This document shows positions 1-9,870 of a stretch of 64,000 bases of DNA, piece after piece (within the stretch, counting starts at the first letter, position 1; every line of letters begins with the position of its first letter). Source of the stretch: Fimbriimonadales bacterium (GTDB lineage: Bacteria > Armatimonadota > Fimbriimonadia > Fimbriimonadales > JABRVX01). The translations under genes and the position numbers were made by a program. Location of the stretch: the NCBI GenBank assembly GCA_045862955.1, contig BTVI01000018.1:1-64000 (forward strand), read 5' to 3'. Below the pieces are notes generated by a model. The model had not been told where the DNA came from, did not search any database, and worked only from the letters and a program-made list of their open reading frames with translations.

Positions 1-297
1 GACCTGCTTCGCTATGCCCGGGCCCGCGTCCGCCACCTGGCACCACCGAGCGCATGAAGCCGACCTAAGGACCGCGCCGGGGCACACACTCTGCCACCAG
101 CCCCGAAGGCACGAACTCGGAGACCGACCCTGCGCCCCTCCCTCGCCCTCCCCACGGGAGTGGGCTGGGGTGAGGGTTCCTTCGGCACGCGGCACTCCGC
201 CTTGGTCGCACTGCCCAGCCAAAACAGCCACCGCCAGCGCTGCCAACCACATCCGCGCTCTCCGATCCCTGTTCGCTTCGGCCCGGCCCGAAGAACG

Positions 298-1389
298 CTA
301 TCGTGTGCCGTCACTGGGTGGTGCCGCGAGGAGCCTCTGCCGCAAGTCGTCTATCACTACCAGCTCGCCTTCATCGTCCTCGTAGTACCAATGCTCCCAC
401 CCGTTGCACGGACTGCCATTCGACAGCTCGCGGCCCACGTGATGGATCGAACCGACAGTTCCGTTCCGGATCAGCTTTCCGTCTGCACGGATCTGTGCTG
501 CCATCTCCCTGTTACGCCGGAAGTACAGCATCTGACCAGGCTGCAGCATGCCGGCCTCCAGCAAAGCCGCGAAAGGAACCCTCGGCGCGAGCCGCCTTCG
601 GTCCGACACGTCGAACACCTCGGGCACGAATAATCCGGTCGGCGTTGCGTCGAGGCGCTCCTCGGCGACCCGCACATAGCCCGGATCGCGCTCGATGCCG
701 AGGTAGTGCCTGTGCAGCTTCTTCGCAACCACGCCGGTCGTGCCCGATCCGAAGAACGGATCCAGCACCAGGTCGCCTGGCTTGGTGCTTGCTAGGATCA
801 CACGATACAGCAGAGCCTCCGGCTTCTGTGTGGAGTGTGCCTTGGTCCCCTCTACCTTCAGCCTCTCTCTTCCACTGCATATGGGCAACACCCAGTCACT
901 ACGCATCTGCCGATCGTCGTTCAGCCCTCGCATGGCATGATGGTTGAAGGTGTACTTGGCACCCTTCTGACGGCACGCCCATATCAGGGTTTCGTGCGCG
1001 TTCGTGAACCGAACTCCACGGAAGTTAGGCATCGGGTTGGACTTGATCCATATCACGTCGTTGAGGATCCAATAACCGAGGTCCTGCATGATGGTACCTA
1101 TGCGAAAGATGTTATGATAGGTACCTATCACCCAGATGGTACCAGTGGGCTTGAGGACGCGCCTGCATGCACTGAGCCACGCCTCGGAGAACTCGTCGTA
1201 CTCCTCGAAGCTGCCGAAGCGGTCCCAGTCGTCGTCTACGGCGTCCACCTTGGTCATGTTGGGGCGCCAGAGTTCCTGACTCAACTGAAGGTTATAGGGT
1301 GGGTCTGCAAACACGCAGTCCACGCACGCCTCTGGCAGCCGTGCCAGCTCCTCGACACAGTCGCCTCGGATCACCACGTCCAGTGTCAT
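298..1389 (-). CDS. CcrM/M.HinfI-like beta-class DNA adenine methyltransferase with C-terminal CcrM-type (RAMA-like) domain
   Basis: Motif [10 protein letters not shown] precedes motif [11 protein letters not shown]. CcrM-typical segments [35 protein letters not shown] and C-terminal GSIHHVG...CNGWEHW are present. Confidence 0.9.
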   Translation of the reverse strand: MTLDVVIRGDCVEELARLPEACVDCVFADPPYNLQLSQELWRPNMTKVDAVDDDWDRFGSFEEYDEFSEAWLSACRRVLKPTGTIWVIGTYHNIFRIGTIMQDLGYWILNDVIWIKSNPMPNFRGVRFTNAHETLIWACRQKGAKYTFNHHAMRGLNDDRQMRSDWVLPICSGRERLKVEGTKAHSTQKPEALLYRVILASTKPGDLVLDPFFGSGTTGVVAKKLHRHYLGIERDPGYVRVAEERLDATPTGLFVPEVFDVSDRRRLAPRVPFAALLEAGMLQPGQMLYFRRNREMAAQIRADGKLIRNGTVGSIHHVGRELSNGSPCNGWEHWYYEDDEGELVVIDDLRQRLLAAPPSDGTR

Positions 1390-1443
1390 CGTGCGATCAA
1401 ACCCACTCCGTTCGCACTTCTCGATTGTACCGACTGGCAGCCA

Positions 1444-1869
1444 CTACCGGTAGCGCGGCACCATTTCCCGCATCCAGAAGCGTGCGGTAAAGTAACAGGC
1501 GAAGGCCGCCGGAGGTGCTAGGGCCGGCCACCAAGTCGGGTCGTGTGCCACCGAGTGAAGGATTGCCAGCACCTGCAGCAGCGCGCATAACGCAACCATG
1601 GCCATCGGACGGCGCTTCTCCAGCCAAACCCCGATGATGCTGATCCCGCCGACGACTGCACCGACCAGGGTCCACACCTTCGTCACCGGCGTTAGCGCGC
1701 CGAGATGTGCGGCAAGGGCATCGCTGAAGTCCAGCAGCCACTGCGACGTCGGGCTCGTGAGTAGCCCCGCGGCGACGACCAAACACCAGATCACGAAAGC
1801 CACTGACACGACCTTGTCCAGCAGCTTCCACTTACTCAGCGGCTTCGGCCCCTGCGCAGGTTGCGACAT
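1444..1869 (-). CDS. Hypothetical membrane protein (about 4 TM helices)
   Basis: ORF with several hydrophobic stretches, co-oriented between the peptidase and the MTase; start chosen at ATG 1869. Confidence 0.55.
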   Translation of the reverse strand: MSQPAQGPKPLSKWKLLDKVVSVAFVIWCLVVAAGLLTSPTSQWLLDFSDALAAHLGALTPVTKVWTLVGAVVGGISIIGVWLEKRRPMAMVALCALLQVLAILHSVAHDPTWWPALAPPAAFACYFTARFWMREMVPRYR

Positions 1870-1937
1870 CACGCACGATGCTCCCGCCACACGATTCCGC
1901 GCTTGAAGACCCCGTTCCCGCTACCCCGCAGACCCGC

Positions 1938-3719
1938 TTAGGGCTGTCCGCGCGCTTCCGGCACGATGGTGACCTCAATCCGCTCCTGCCCCCGCTGCAC
2001 CACCAGCCTGACCGCCACACCCGCTTTGGCTGCGGCGAAGCCCTTCATCAGCGAATCCATGTCCGTAATCGGAATGTCGTCCCACTGCACGATGATGTCC
2101 CCTGCACGGAGGCCCGCCTTCTCTGCGGGAGTCCCCGGAGTGGTGCCGGAGAGCATCACTCCCGTGCCCTCGAACGAGTAGTCGGGTACGAGGCCGATCC
2201 GCACGCTCACTCTGGGACCATCTCCGCGCGGCCCCTCGGGGCGTTGCTGATCGTCGGCCGGCGGGCGCCGCTCGCCCCGGGTGCGGCTCGGCTGCTGCCA
2301 CGGCACTTTCTCTCCCCGCGCGTCGATCGCGTCGATCACGCGCCGCGCATACTCCAGGACGCGCACCTGCCCGTCGTAGTTGATGGCCTCCCAGTCGTCG
2401 GTCGGGCGGTGGTAGTCGGGATGGATGTTGGTGAAGAAGAACACCACCGGAACCTGCTTGGACGCGAACGACGAATGGTCGCTGCCTCCACCCGTGCCCG
2501 GCGAGTAACGGGTGGTCAGCCCCTGCTTGTCCACGCTGTCCAGCAGCTCCGGCCAGATGGGCGACGAGCCGGTGCCCTCGACAACCAGCTTGTCGTCCTT
2601 CAGCCGACCCACCATGTCGAAGTTGACCATCGCGGTGACCTTGCTCAGGTCAATCGTCGGGTTGTTCACGAAGTAGCGGGAACCGATTAGCCCCTCCTCT
2701 TCTCCCGCAAACAGCACAAAGAGCATCGAGCGGCGGTTCGTCTTGTAGTGCGCGTAGTACTCGGCCATCTCCAGCACCGACGCGCTTCCCGATGCGTTGT
2801 CGTCGGCGCCGTTGTGGATCTCCCGGCTACGGCCCATCGTGCCTACCTGCCCGAAGCCGAGGTGGTCGAGGTGCGCTCCCAACACGATGATCTCGTCCCG
2901 TAGCTGAGGGTCGTTGCCGGGGAGAAAAGCGACGACGTTTCGCGTCATTCCCGTGTTGCGCTCGACCTGGCTGATGAACCGCGCGCGCGAGTTAGCGATC
3001 TCGAAGGCTGGGGCCATACCCGGGGCTCCCTCGTCCTGCCCCAAGGCCGCGGCCAAAGCCGGATCGAGCTGCTCCAACGCCTCCACCGACACCTCCACTA
3101 CCGGGATTCCCTCTCCCGGTTCGGCGGCGCCACCCGCGATGATCGGCACAGGCATACGCTTCTCCGCGGACACGAGCAGCACGCCCTTCGCCCCCAACTC
3201 CTGTGCAGTCTTTACTCGATCACGGATGCTGGACGGGTTGCCCAACGGGCCCTTACCATGCCGCATCACCGCGATCTTCCCCGTCAGATCCGCGCCGGCG
3301 AAGTCGTCGCGCTCGTCGTCCCGAATGCCACTGCCTACGAACACCAGCGGCCCGTCCGCCCAGTGGTTGAACCTGCCCGTGGAAACCGGCATGAAGTCTT
3401 TGCCTAGCTCGAAGTCGTATCGCTCGCCAGCCACGGTAATGGTCAGGAAGTTGTTCTTCCCAGGTCGGAAGCCTGCGGTCATCTGGAAGGGCTGGAAATA
3501 GCCCTCGGTGCCCTTCGGCTCCAATCCATACTTCTTGAACTCGGCGGCTGCATAGGCTGCGGCTCGCTCGAACCCCCTGCTAACCGCCAGCCTACCTTCC
3601 AGCTCGTCGGACGCAAGGTAGCTAATGTGCGCGCGGATATCGTCCTGCGTGATCTCGGGTACGGCAACCGCGGACGCAACGAGCGCGAGCGGAAGCGCGC
3701 AGAGCCAAACCTTTCGCAT
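1938..3719 (-). CDS. Secreted M28 family aminopeptidase with PA and C-terminal PDZ domains
   Basis: Signal peptide MRKVWLCALPLALVASA; motifs GAHLDHLG, NGADDNASG, GEEEGLIGS, NFDMVG, SDH, YHRPTD; PDZ motif GTPAEKAGLRAGDII. Confidence 0.9.
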   Translation of the reverse strand: MRKVWLCALPLALVASAVAVPEITQDDIRAHISYLASDELEGRLAVSRGFERAAAYAAAEFKKYGLEPKGTEGYFQPFQMTAGFRPGKNNFLTITVAGERYDFELGKDFMPVSTGRFNHWADGPLVFVGSGIRDDERDDFAGADLTGKIAVMRHGKGPLGNPSSIRDRVKTAQELGAKGVLLVSAEKRMPVPIIAGGAAEPGEGIPVVEVSVEALEQLDPALAAALGQDEGAPGMAPAFEIANSRARFISQVERNTGMTRNVVAFLPGNDPQLRDEIIVLGAHLDHLGFGQVGTMGRSREIHNGADDNASGSASVLEMAEYYAHYKTNRRSMLFVLFAGEEEGLIGSRYFVNNPTIDLSKVTAMVNFDMVGRLKDDKLVVEGTGSSPIWPELLDSVDKQGLTTRYSPGTGGGSDHSSFASKQVPVVFFFTNIHPDYHRPTDDWEAINYDGQVRVLEYARRVIDAIDARGEKVPWQQPSRTRGERRPPADDQQRPEGPRGDGPRVSVRIGLVPDYSFEGTGVMLSGTTPGTPAEKAGLRAGDIIVQWDDIPITDMDSLMKGFAAAKAGVAVRLVVQRGQERIEVTIVPEARGQP

Positions 3720-3748
3720 TCGGTTCACTTCCACCTCCGTAATCCCCC

Positions 3749-4771
3749 CTATGGGACCCAGTCCGCCACGAAGACGTTGGTGTCCCCTGGCCTCTTGGCG
3801 TTTCGATTGCTGCAGAATACCAACTTCTTCCCGTCGAACGAGAACATCGGGAATCCGTCGAACTCCTTCGTATACGTGATCCGCTTCAGCCCTGTGCCGT
3901 CCACGCCGATCAGATACAGGTCGAATTCGCGTCCCCTCGGCTCCGGGTAGTTGGTGCAGAAGATGATGTGCTTCCCATCCGGATGCATGTATGGCGCGAA
4001 GGAAGCGCACCCCAGATGGGTGACTTGGCGCTTGTTGGAGCCGTCTGCGTCCATGATCCAAATCTCGAGCGGTGCAGGCCGGTACACGTCCTTCGCCAGG
4101 TTCTCCAGATAGGCCTCGTGCAGGGGCCCGCTCGTCGCGACGGCACGGCGGTACACGATCTTGGTGCCGTCCGGCGACCAGAACGGCCCGCCGTCGTATC
4201 CAGGCTCGTTCGTAAGCTGCTTCAGGTCGGAGCCGTCCGGCTCGCAGGAGTAGATGTTCATGTCACCGCCTGTGCCGCTGCAGAATAGCACCCTGCCGTG
4301 ACGGCTGACCGACCCCTCGGCGGTGTACTTCTCGAACTTCGTGATCTGCTTCAGGTCCGAGCCGTCGGCATTCGCCGTGAAAATCTGCATAGACGGGTAA
4401 AGCGGCCACACGTAGCCGAGCGACTTGTCCGGTGGAGGCGGATTCTCGTCCTTCCAGTGCGTGCTGGAGAAGAGAATGCGCTTTCCGTCCGGGAAGAAGA
4501 AGCCGCACGTCGTCACCCCAGTCCCGGTCGAGACCATGCGGCGGTCCGATCCGTCCGGGTTCATGATGTAGATCTGGTCCCTACCGTTCGGGCTGTCGTC
4601 CGATTGGAAGATGATCTTCTTGTCGTCGAAGCTCCAGTACGCTTCGGCGTTGTTCCCCTTGAAGGTGAGCTGGCGGATGTTGCGCAGATGGGTTTCGGAT
4701 GGATGCCGGAGCGGGTCATCGGCTGCCGCCTGCGCGACGAGCAGCAGCCCGGCGAGAATGGGGCTGACCAT
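3749..4771 (-). CDS. Secreted TolB-like/PD40 beta-propeller protein
   Basis: Signal peptide followed by repeated WSPDG / DGSDLKQIT-type units. Confidence 0.85.
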   Translation of the reverse strand: MVSPILAGLLLVAQAAADDPLRHPSETHLRNIRQLTFKGNNAEAYWSFDDKKIIFQSDDSPNGRDQIYIMNPDGSDRRMVSTGTGVTTCGFFFPDGKRILFSSTHWKDENPPPPDKSLGYVWPLYPSMQIFTANADGSDLKQITKFEKYTAEGSVSRHGRVLFCSGTGGDMNIYSCEPDGSDLKQLTNEPGYDGGPFWSPDGTKIVYRRAVATSGPLHEAYLENLAKDVYRPAPLEIWIMDADGSNKRQVTHLGCASFAPYMHPDGKHIIFCTNYPEPRGREFDLYLIGVDGTGLKRITYTKEFDGFPMFSFDGKKLVFCSNRNAKRPGDTNVFVADWVP

Positions 4772-4852
4772 GCGAAAATTCTACCTCCGGGCGACCCCTC
4801 CCTCTCCCTAGACGGCCCCCTTACCCGTTAGCGGATGGGATGTGCACCATTC

Positions 4853-4933
4853 GGGACTGCGCGAGCCTGCTCGCGCTTTGCCTTCCGGCACCAACACACT
4901 GGCGTGAAGGCCCGAGCAGGCCCGCGCAGTCCC
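4853..4933. repeat. REP-like inverted doublet, family GGGACTGCGCGAG...CGCGCAGTCCC (copy 1, 81 bp)
   Basis: Terminal inverted repeats; a second 81-bp copy lies at 38343-38423. Confidence 0.75.
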
Positions 4934-4979
4934 AAGGAGCGGAAGGACGCCTACCGCATCAGGTCGAAAGCTGGCCGTC

Positions 4980-5963
4980 CTACCCAACCGACCCGGGGTC
5001 GGCGGATCGGAGCTCGGCGGCCTTCTCCTCCGCCATCGTGTCGTTGATGAACGCACCCGCACCCGACTCGGACCCCGCCAAGAATTTCAGCTTGTCCGGC
5101 GTGCGGTAGGGCGGATAGAACTCCACGTGCATGGTGTAGTGGCCGTGGTCGCCGCCGTCCGTGGGTTGCTGGTGAAACACCATCATGTACGGCAGCGAGA
5201 ACCCCCAGAGCCTGTCGTACCGCCGCGCCATGTCCAGCAGGGCCCGGGCCAAATCCGTCCTCTCCGCCGCCGATAGCTCCGGCAGCGCGCCCCGGTGCTG
5301 CACGGGAGCGATGTACGTTTCGTACGGGTACCGTGCGAAGAAGGGCACGAAAGCCTGCCAGATGCCGCTGCGCGCCACCAGCCTTCGGCCGTCCTCTTCC
5401 TCCATCCGCAGCACGTCCGCCATCAGCCGCCTGCCGGTGCGCTCGAAGTGCTCGCGCGACGCGTCGAGTTCGGTCTGAATCTTGGGTGGGATGTAAGGGT
5501 ATGCGTAGATCTGCCCGTGCGGGTGGCTGAGCGTCACGCCGATCTCCTTGCCCTTATTCTCGAACACGAACACGTAGTGCACGTCGGGCCTCGCGCCCAG
5601 CTCCTGCGTGCGGTCGGCCCACACGTCCACCAGACGGCTCACTCGTGCCAGGTCGAGGTCCGCGAAGGTGGCGTTGTGGTCGGAGGTGTAGCACACGACC
5701 TCGCACACCCCTGCGGCAGGGCGCACCGGGCACAGCTCGTTGCCCTCCACACTAGGCTCCGGTGGGTTGCGCTGTAGCGATGGGAACTTGTTCTCGAAGA
5801 CCACGATGTCGTAGTCCTCGCGCTCGATCTCGGTGGGAAAGCCGCCCGGCTTGGTGGGGCAGAGGGGGCAGTAGTCGTCCGGAGGGAAGAAGGTCCGCTC
5901 CTGCCGATGGGTCGCGGTGATGACCCATTCGCGCAAGAAGGGATGCCAACGCAACTCGCTCAA
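4980..5963 (-). CDS. galT: Galactose-1-phosphate uridylyltransferase
   Basis: CPLCP, FENKFPSL and FENKGKEIGVTLSHPHGQIY (HPHGQ active site). Confidence 0.95.
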   Translation of the reverse strand: MSELRWHPFLREWVITATHRQERTFFPPDDYCPLCPTKPGGFPTEIEREDYDIVVFENKFPSLQRNPPEPSVEGNELCPVRPAAGVCEVVCYTSDHNATFADLDLARVSRLVDVWADRTQELGARPDVHYVFVFENKGKEIGVTLSHPHGQIYAYPYIPPKIQTELDASREHFERTGRRLMADVLRMEEEDGRRLVARSGIWQAFVPFFARYPYETYIAPVQHRGALPELSAAERTDLARALLDMARRYDRLWGFSLPYMMVFHQQPTDGGDHGHYTMHVEFYPPYRTPDKLKFLAGSESGAGAFINDTMAEEKAAELRSADPGSVG

Positions 5964-6230
5964 CCGCTCGCTCCTCTCGGGCCTGCCTAGGATGCGTCGA
6001 GTCTACTCGAACGCCTCCTCCCGTCCTACGGCACGAGCGCTCTCCGTAGGACATCCACCTAGCCGGGCCCGGCTCGAACACCGAGGCGAGTCATGCGTAT
6101 ATACTGCTACTAGCACCGGCAGAGCCGGAGCATGGCCTCGTGTTGCTCGAGCACTCTTAGACCTGGAACCCGCGATGGGCCGGTCGCGCGGGCTCAGTGC
6201 CGGCACCTGCCTGTCTGCGGAGAAGGTCGC

Positions 6231-7945
6231 ATGAAGAGAACGTTCCTGATCCTCGCCACCGTCATCGGTGGTCTTGCCGTGCTCTGGTGGTTCCTCGTCG
6301 GCAATCGGGCCAAAGAGCCCGACGTCATCTACCGCACCGAGAAGGTCGCGCAGAACACCGTCACCCTCAGCTTCAACGCCAGCGGCGTTCTGCAGCCGGA
6401 GACCACCGTGGACGTCAAGAGCAAGGCAGGGGGCGTCGTGACGCACCTCGCGGTCGAAGAAGGCTCCATCGTGCAGGCGGGCGACCTGATCGCCGAAATC
6501 GACCCACGAGACACGCGAGCGCTCTACGACCAGGCCGTCGCGGACCTCGCCTCGAGCACCGCACGCAGGCAGCAAAGCGTGCTGCAGCACAGCATCCAGA
6601 CGGTACAGGCCCAGACCTCCGTGCGTTCTGCCGAGGCGGCTTTGGAGGCGGCACGCATCCGTCTCAGGAACCTGGAAGAACGAGCGAGGATCCAGCCCGA
6701 CCTGACCTCCGCCTCCATCCGGCAGGCCCGCGCCGACCACGAGGTCGCGGTCGAGTCGCTGGAGCAGCTTCGCACCGTCACTATCCCGCAGACGCGTGCA
6801 CAGGCCAAGGGAGACCACGACCGTGCCAAAGCGGATCTGGACGCCGCGAGCGCCAACCTCCAACGCCAGGAGAGCCTGTTCGAGAAGGGCTACGCTAGCC
6901 AGCTGGCGGTCGAGCAGGCGCGAAGCGCACATGAGGCGGCAGCAGCGAGCTATGCGACGGCCAAGGAACGGCTGTCGCGCCTGGAGCAGGACATTGCAGC
7001 CCAATTGAAGACCGCCGAGGCCAGGGTCGCACAGGCTAAGGCTGCTCTCGAGCGTGCCGAGGTGTCCGAAGCCGACGTGCGAATCGCTCAACGAGAGCGC
7101 GACGACGCGCGTCAGGCCGTGAGGCAGGCCGAGGAGGCACTGCGTCAAGCGAAAGCCGCCACGCGGCAGGTGGACATTAGCCAGGCCGAGATCGCCGCGG
7201 CTGCCGCGGCCATCAAGCGCAGCGAAGTCTCTCGAGACAACGCGAAGGTGCAGCTCGACAGCACCACGGTGCTCGCCCCACGCGCCGGTGTGGTAATCAG
7301 GAAGTACCTCGAAGAAGGCACGATCATCCCGCCAGGCACGAGCCTCTTTAGCGAGGGCACCTCCATCGTCCAGATCGCCGACGTCTCGCGCATGTACGTC
7401 GAGGTGTTAGTGGACGAAGCGGACGTGGGGCGCGTGAGCGTCGGGCAGACCGTGCGGGTGACACTCGAGTCCGCGCCTCGAATGCCCATCCAGGGAAGGG
7501 TGACGCGCGTCAACCCGGGTGCAGACACCGCCAACGGAGTCACTCAGGTCAAGGTCCGTGTCGCCGTCACCCCGAGGCGGGGAGTCAAGCTGATGCCCGG
7601 CCTCAACGCCAGCTGCGAGTTCATCCTGCGCGAGAGCAAGAACGTGCTCGCCATACCCATTCAGGCCCTTCAGCACGAAGGCGACAAGGCATACGTGGAA
7701 GTGATGGCCGCCAAGGATACGCCCGTCCGACGGGATGTGAAGACCGGCCTAATGGGTAACACGATGGTAGAGATAACCGAGGGGCTGAAGGTAGGCGAAG
7801 AGGTCGTCACCAGCAAGATTGACATGAAGGCGATTCGAGAACAAGAGCAGAAGATGCGCTCGATGCCACAGAGCCCCTTCAGCGGCGGTTCGCGTACCGG
7901 CATGGGACCCGGCGGTGGGGGCTTCATGGGTGGAGGCAGACCGAG

Positions 7946-7949
<4 letters not shown>
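6231..7949 (+). CDS. MacA-like periplasmic adaptor (membrane fusion protein) with long coiled coil
   Basis: N-terminal TM; lipoyl-like VKSKAGGVVTHLAVEEG; long alpha-hairpin; VKTGL...VEITEGLKVGEEVV; overlaps the permease start (ATGA). Confidence 0.88.
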
Positions 7950-9154
<1,205 letters not shown>

Positions 9155-9191
9155 CCGGCGCGCATGGGCGCTGCGCGTCACCCAAATAGGA

Positions 9192-9220
9192 GACTGCGGG
9201 GTAGCGGAACCCCCGCAGTC
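9192..9220. terminator. Hairpin, probable intrinsic terminator
   Basis: 10-bp perfect stem GACTGCGGGG/CCCCGCAGTC about 40 bp after the permease stop; U-tracts are weak. Confidence 0.5.
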
Positions 9221-9870
9221 CTCTCCTTTACGAGCGGAGCATCAGTTGTGTGAGAACGCCTTGGCGGTGGACCTCCCGTTCGACCCATCAGTTGTACGCG
9301 CCATGGGAACTGATTAGGTCTTGTAGGTCGTTGGAAGCGCACGGCCTCGCGCTCCCGGGGTCGAATGTACCGACCTGGTGAGCATGAAAGCCACGCTCCG
9401 GATGCCCTCGATGGGCCCTCCCGAACGACATTAGCGAAAACCTTATGATCCGCTCGCGAATCTCTTACGAAGTCGGGCTGGCCCCCCCGGCGCAATCCCG
9501 CCGCCCCGCCGGACGGGAGCTCGGAGACATCGAGAACCCCTACTCTGCGGGACTACGGTGCGGCGCCGTCGGCGGCCTTCGCGGATCTTCGCGGGGCACT
9601 GCGTGGAACCGCATCGGGCGACTTCGTCCACCTCGCCCCCCGTTTTGCAGCACCGTAGAACGTCCTGCCTATCACGCGGAGTTCGCTGAGGTATCGCCAA
9701 GATCGCAGCGCCGAAAGCACACGAACCCTAGCCCTGGGAAGCGGGCGGCGAGGCGATCTCTGCGCCCTCGACGTGCGATCGCAGTCATGCAGTCACTGCC
9801 CGAGGCGGGAGAGGACGGCATGCGTGGGGAAAACAGAAACCGAGGCCGGAGAGGACGGCCGGAGGCGACG

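Noticed and set aside
3720..4061. N-terminal extension of the M28 peptidase ORF (similar extensions on apt, glyQ, dnaX, Crp and the 9445 ORF)
   Set aside because: They overlap neighbouring genes or intergenic repeats; downstream starts with an RBS or signal peptide fit better.
6003..7148. Long antisense ORFs here and at 24863-26206, 32591-33955, 38486-39766, 57835-58917 and 59488-60516
   Set aside because: Shadow ORFs opposite well-supported genes, as expected in high-GC DNA.
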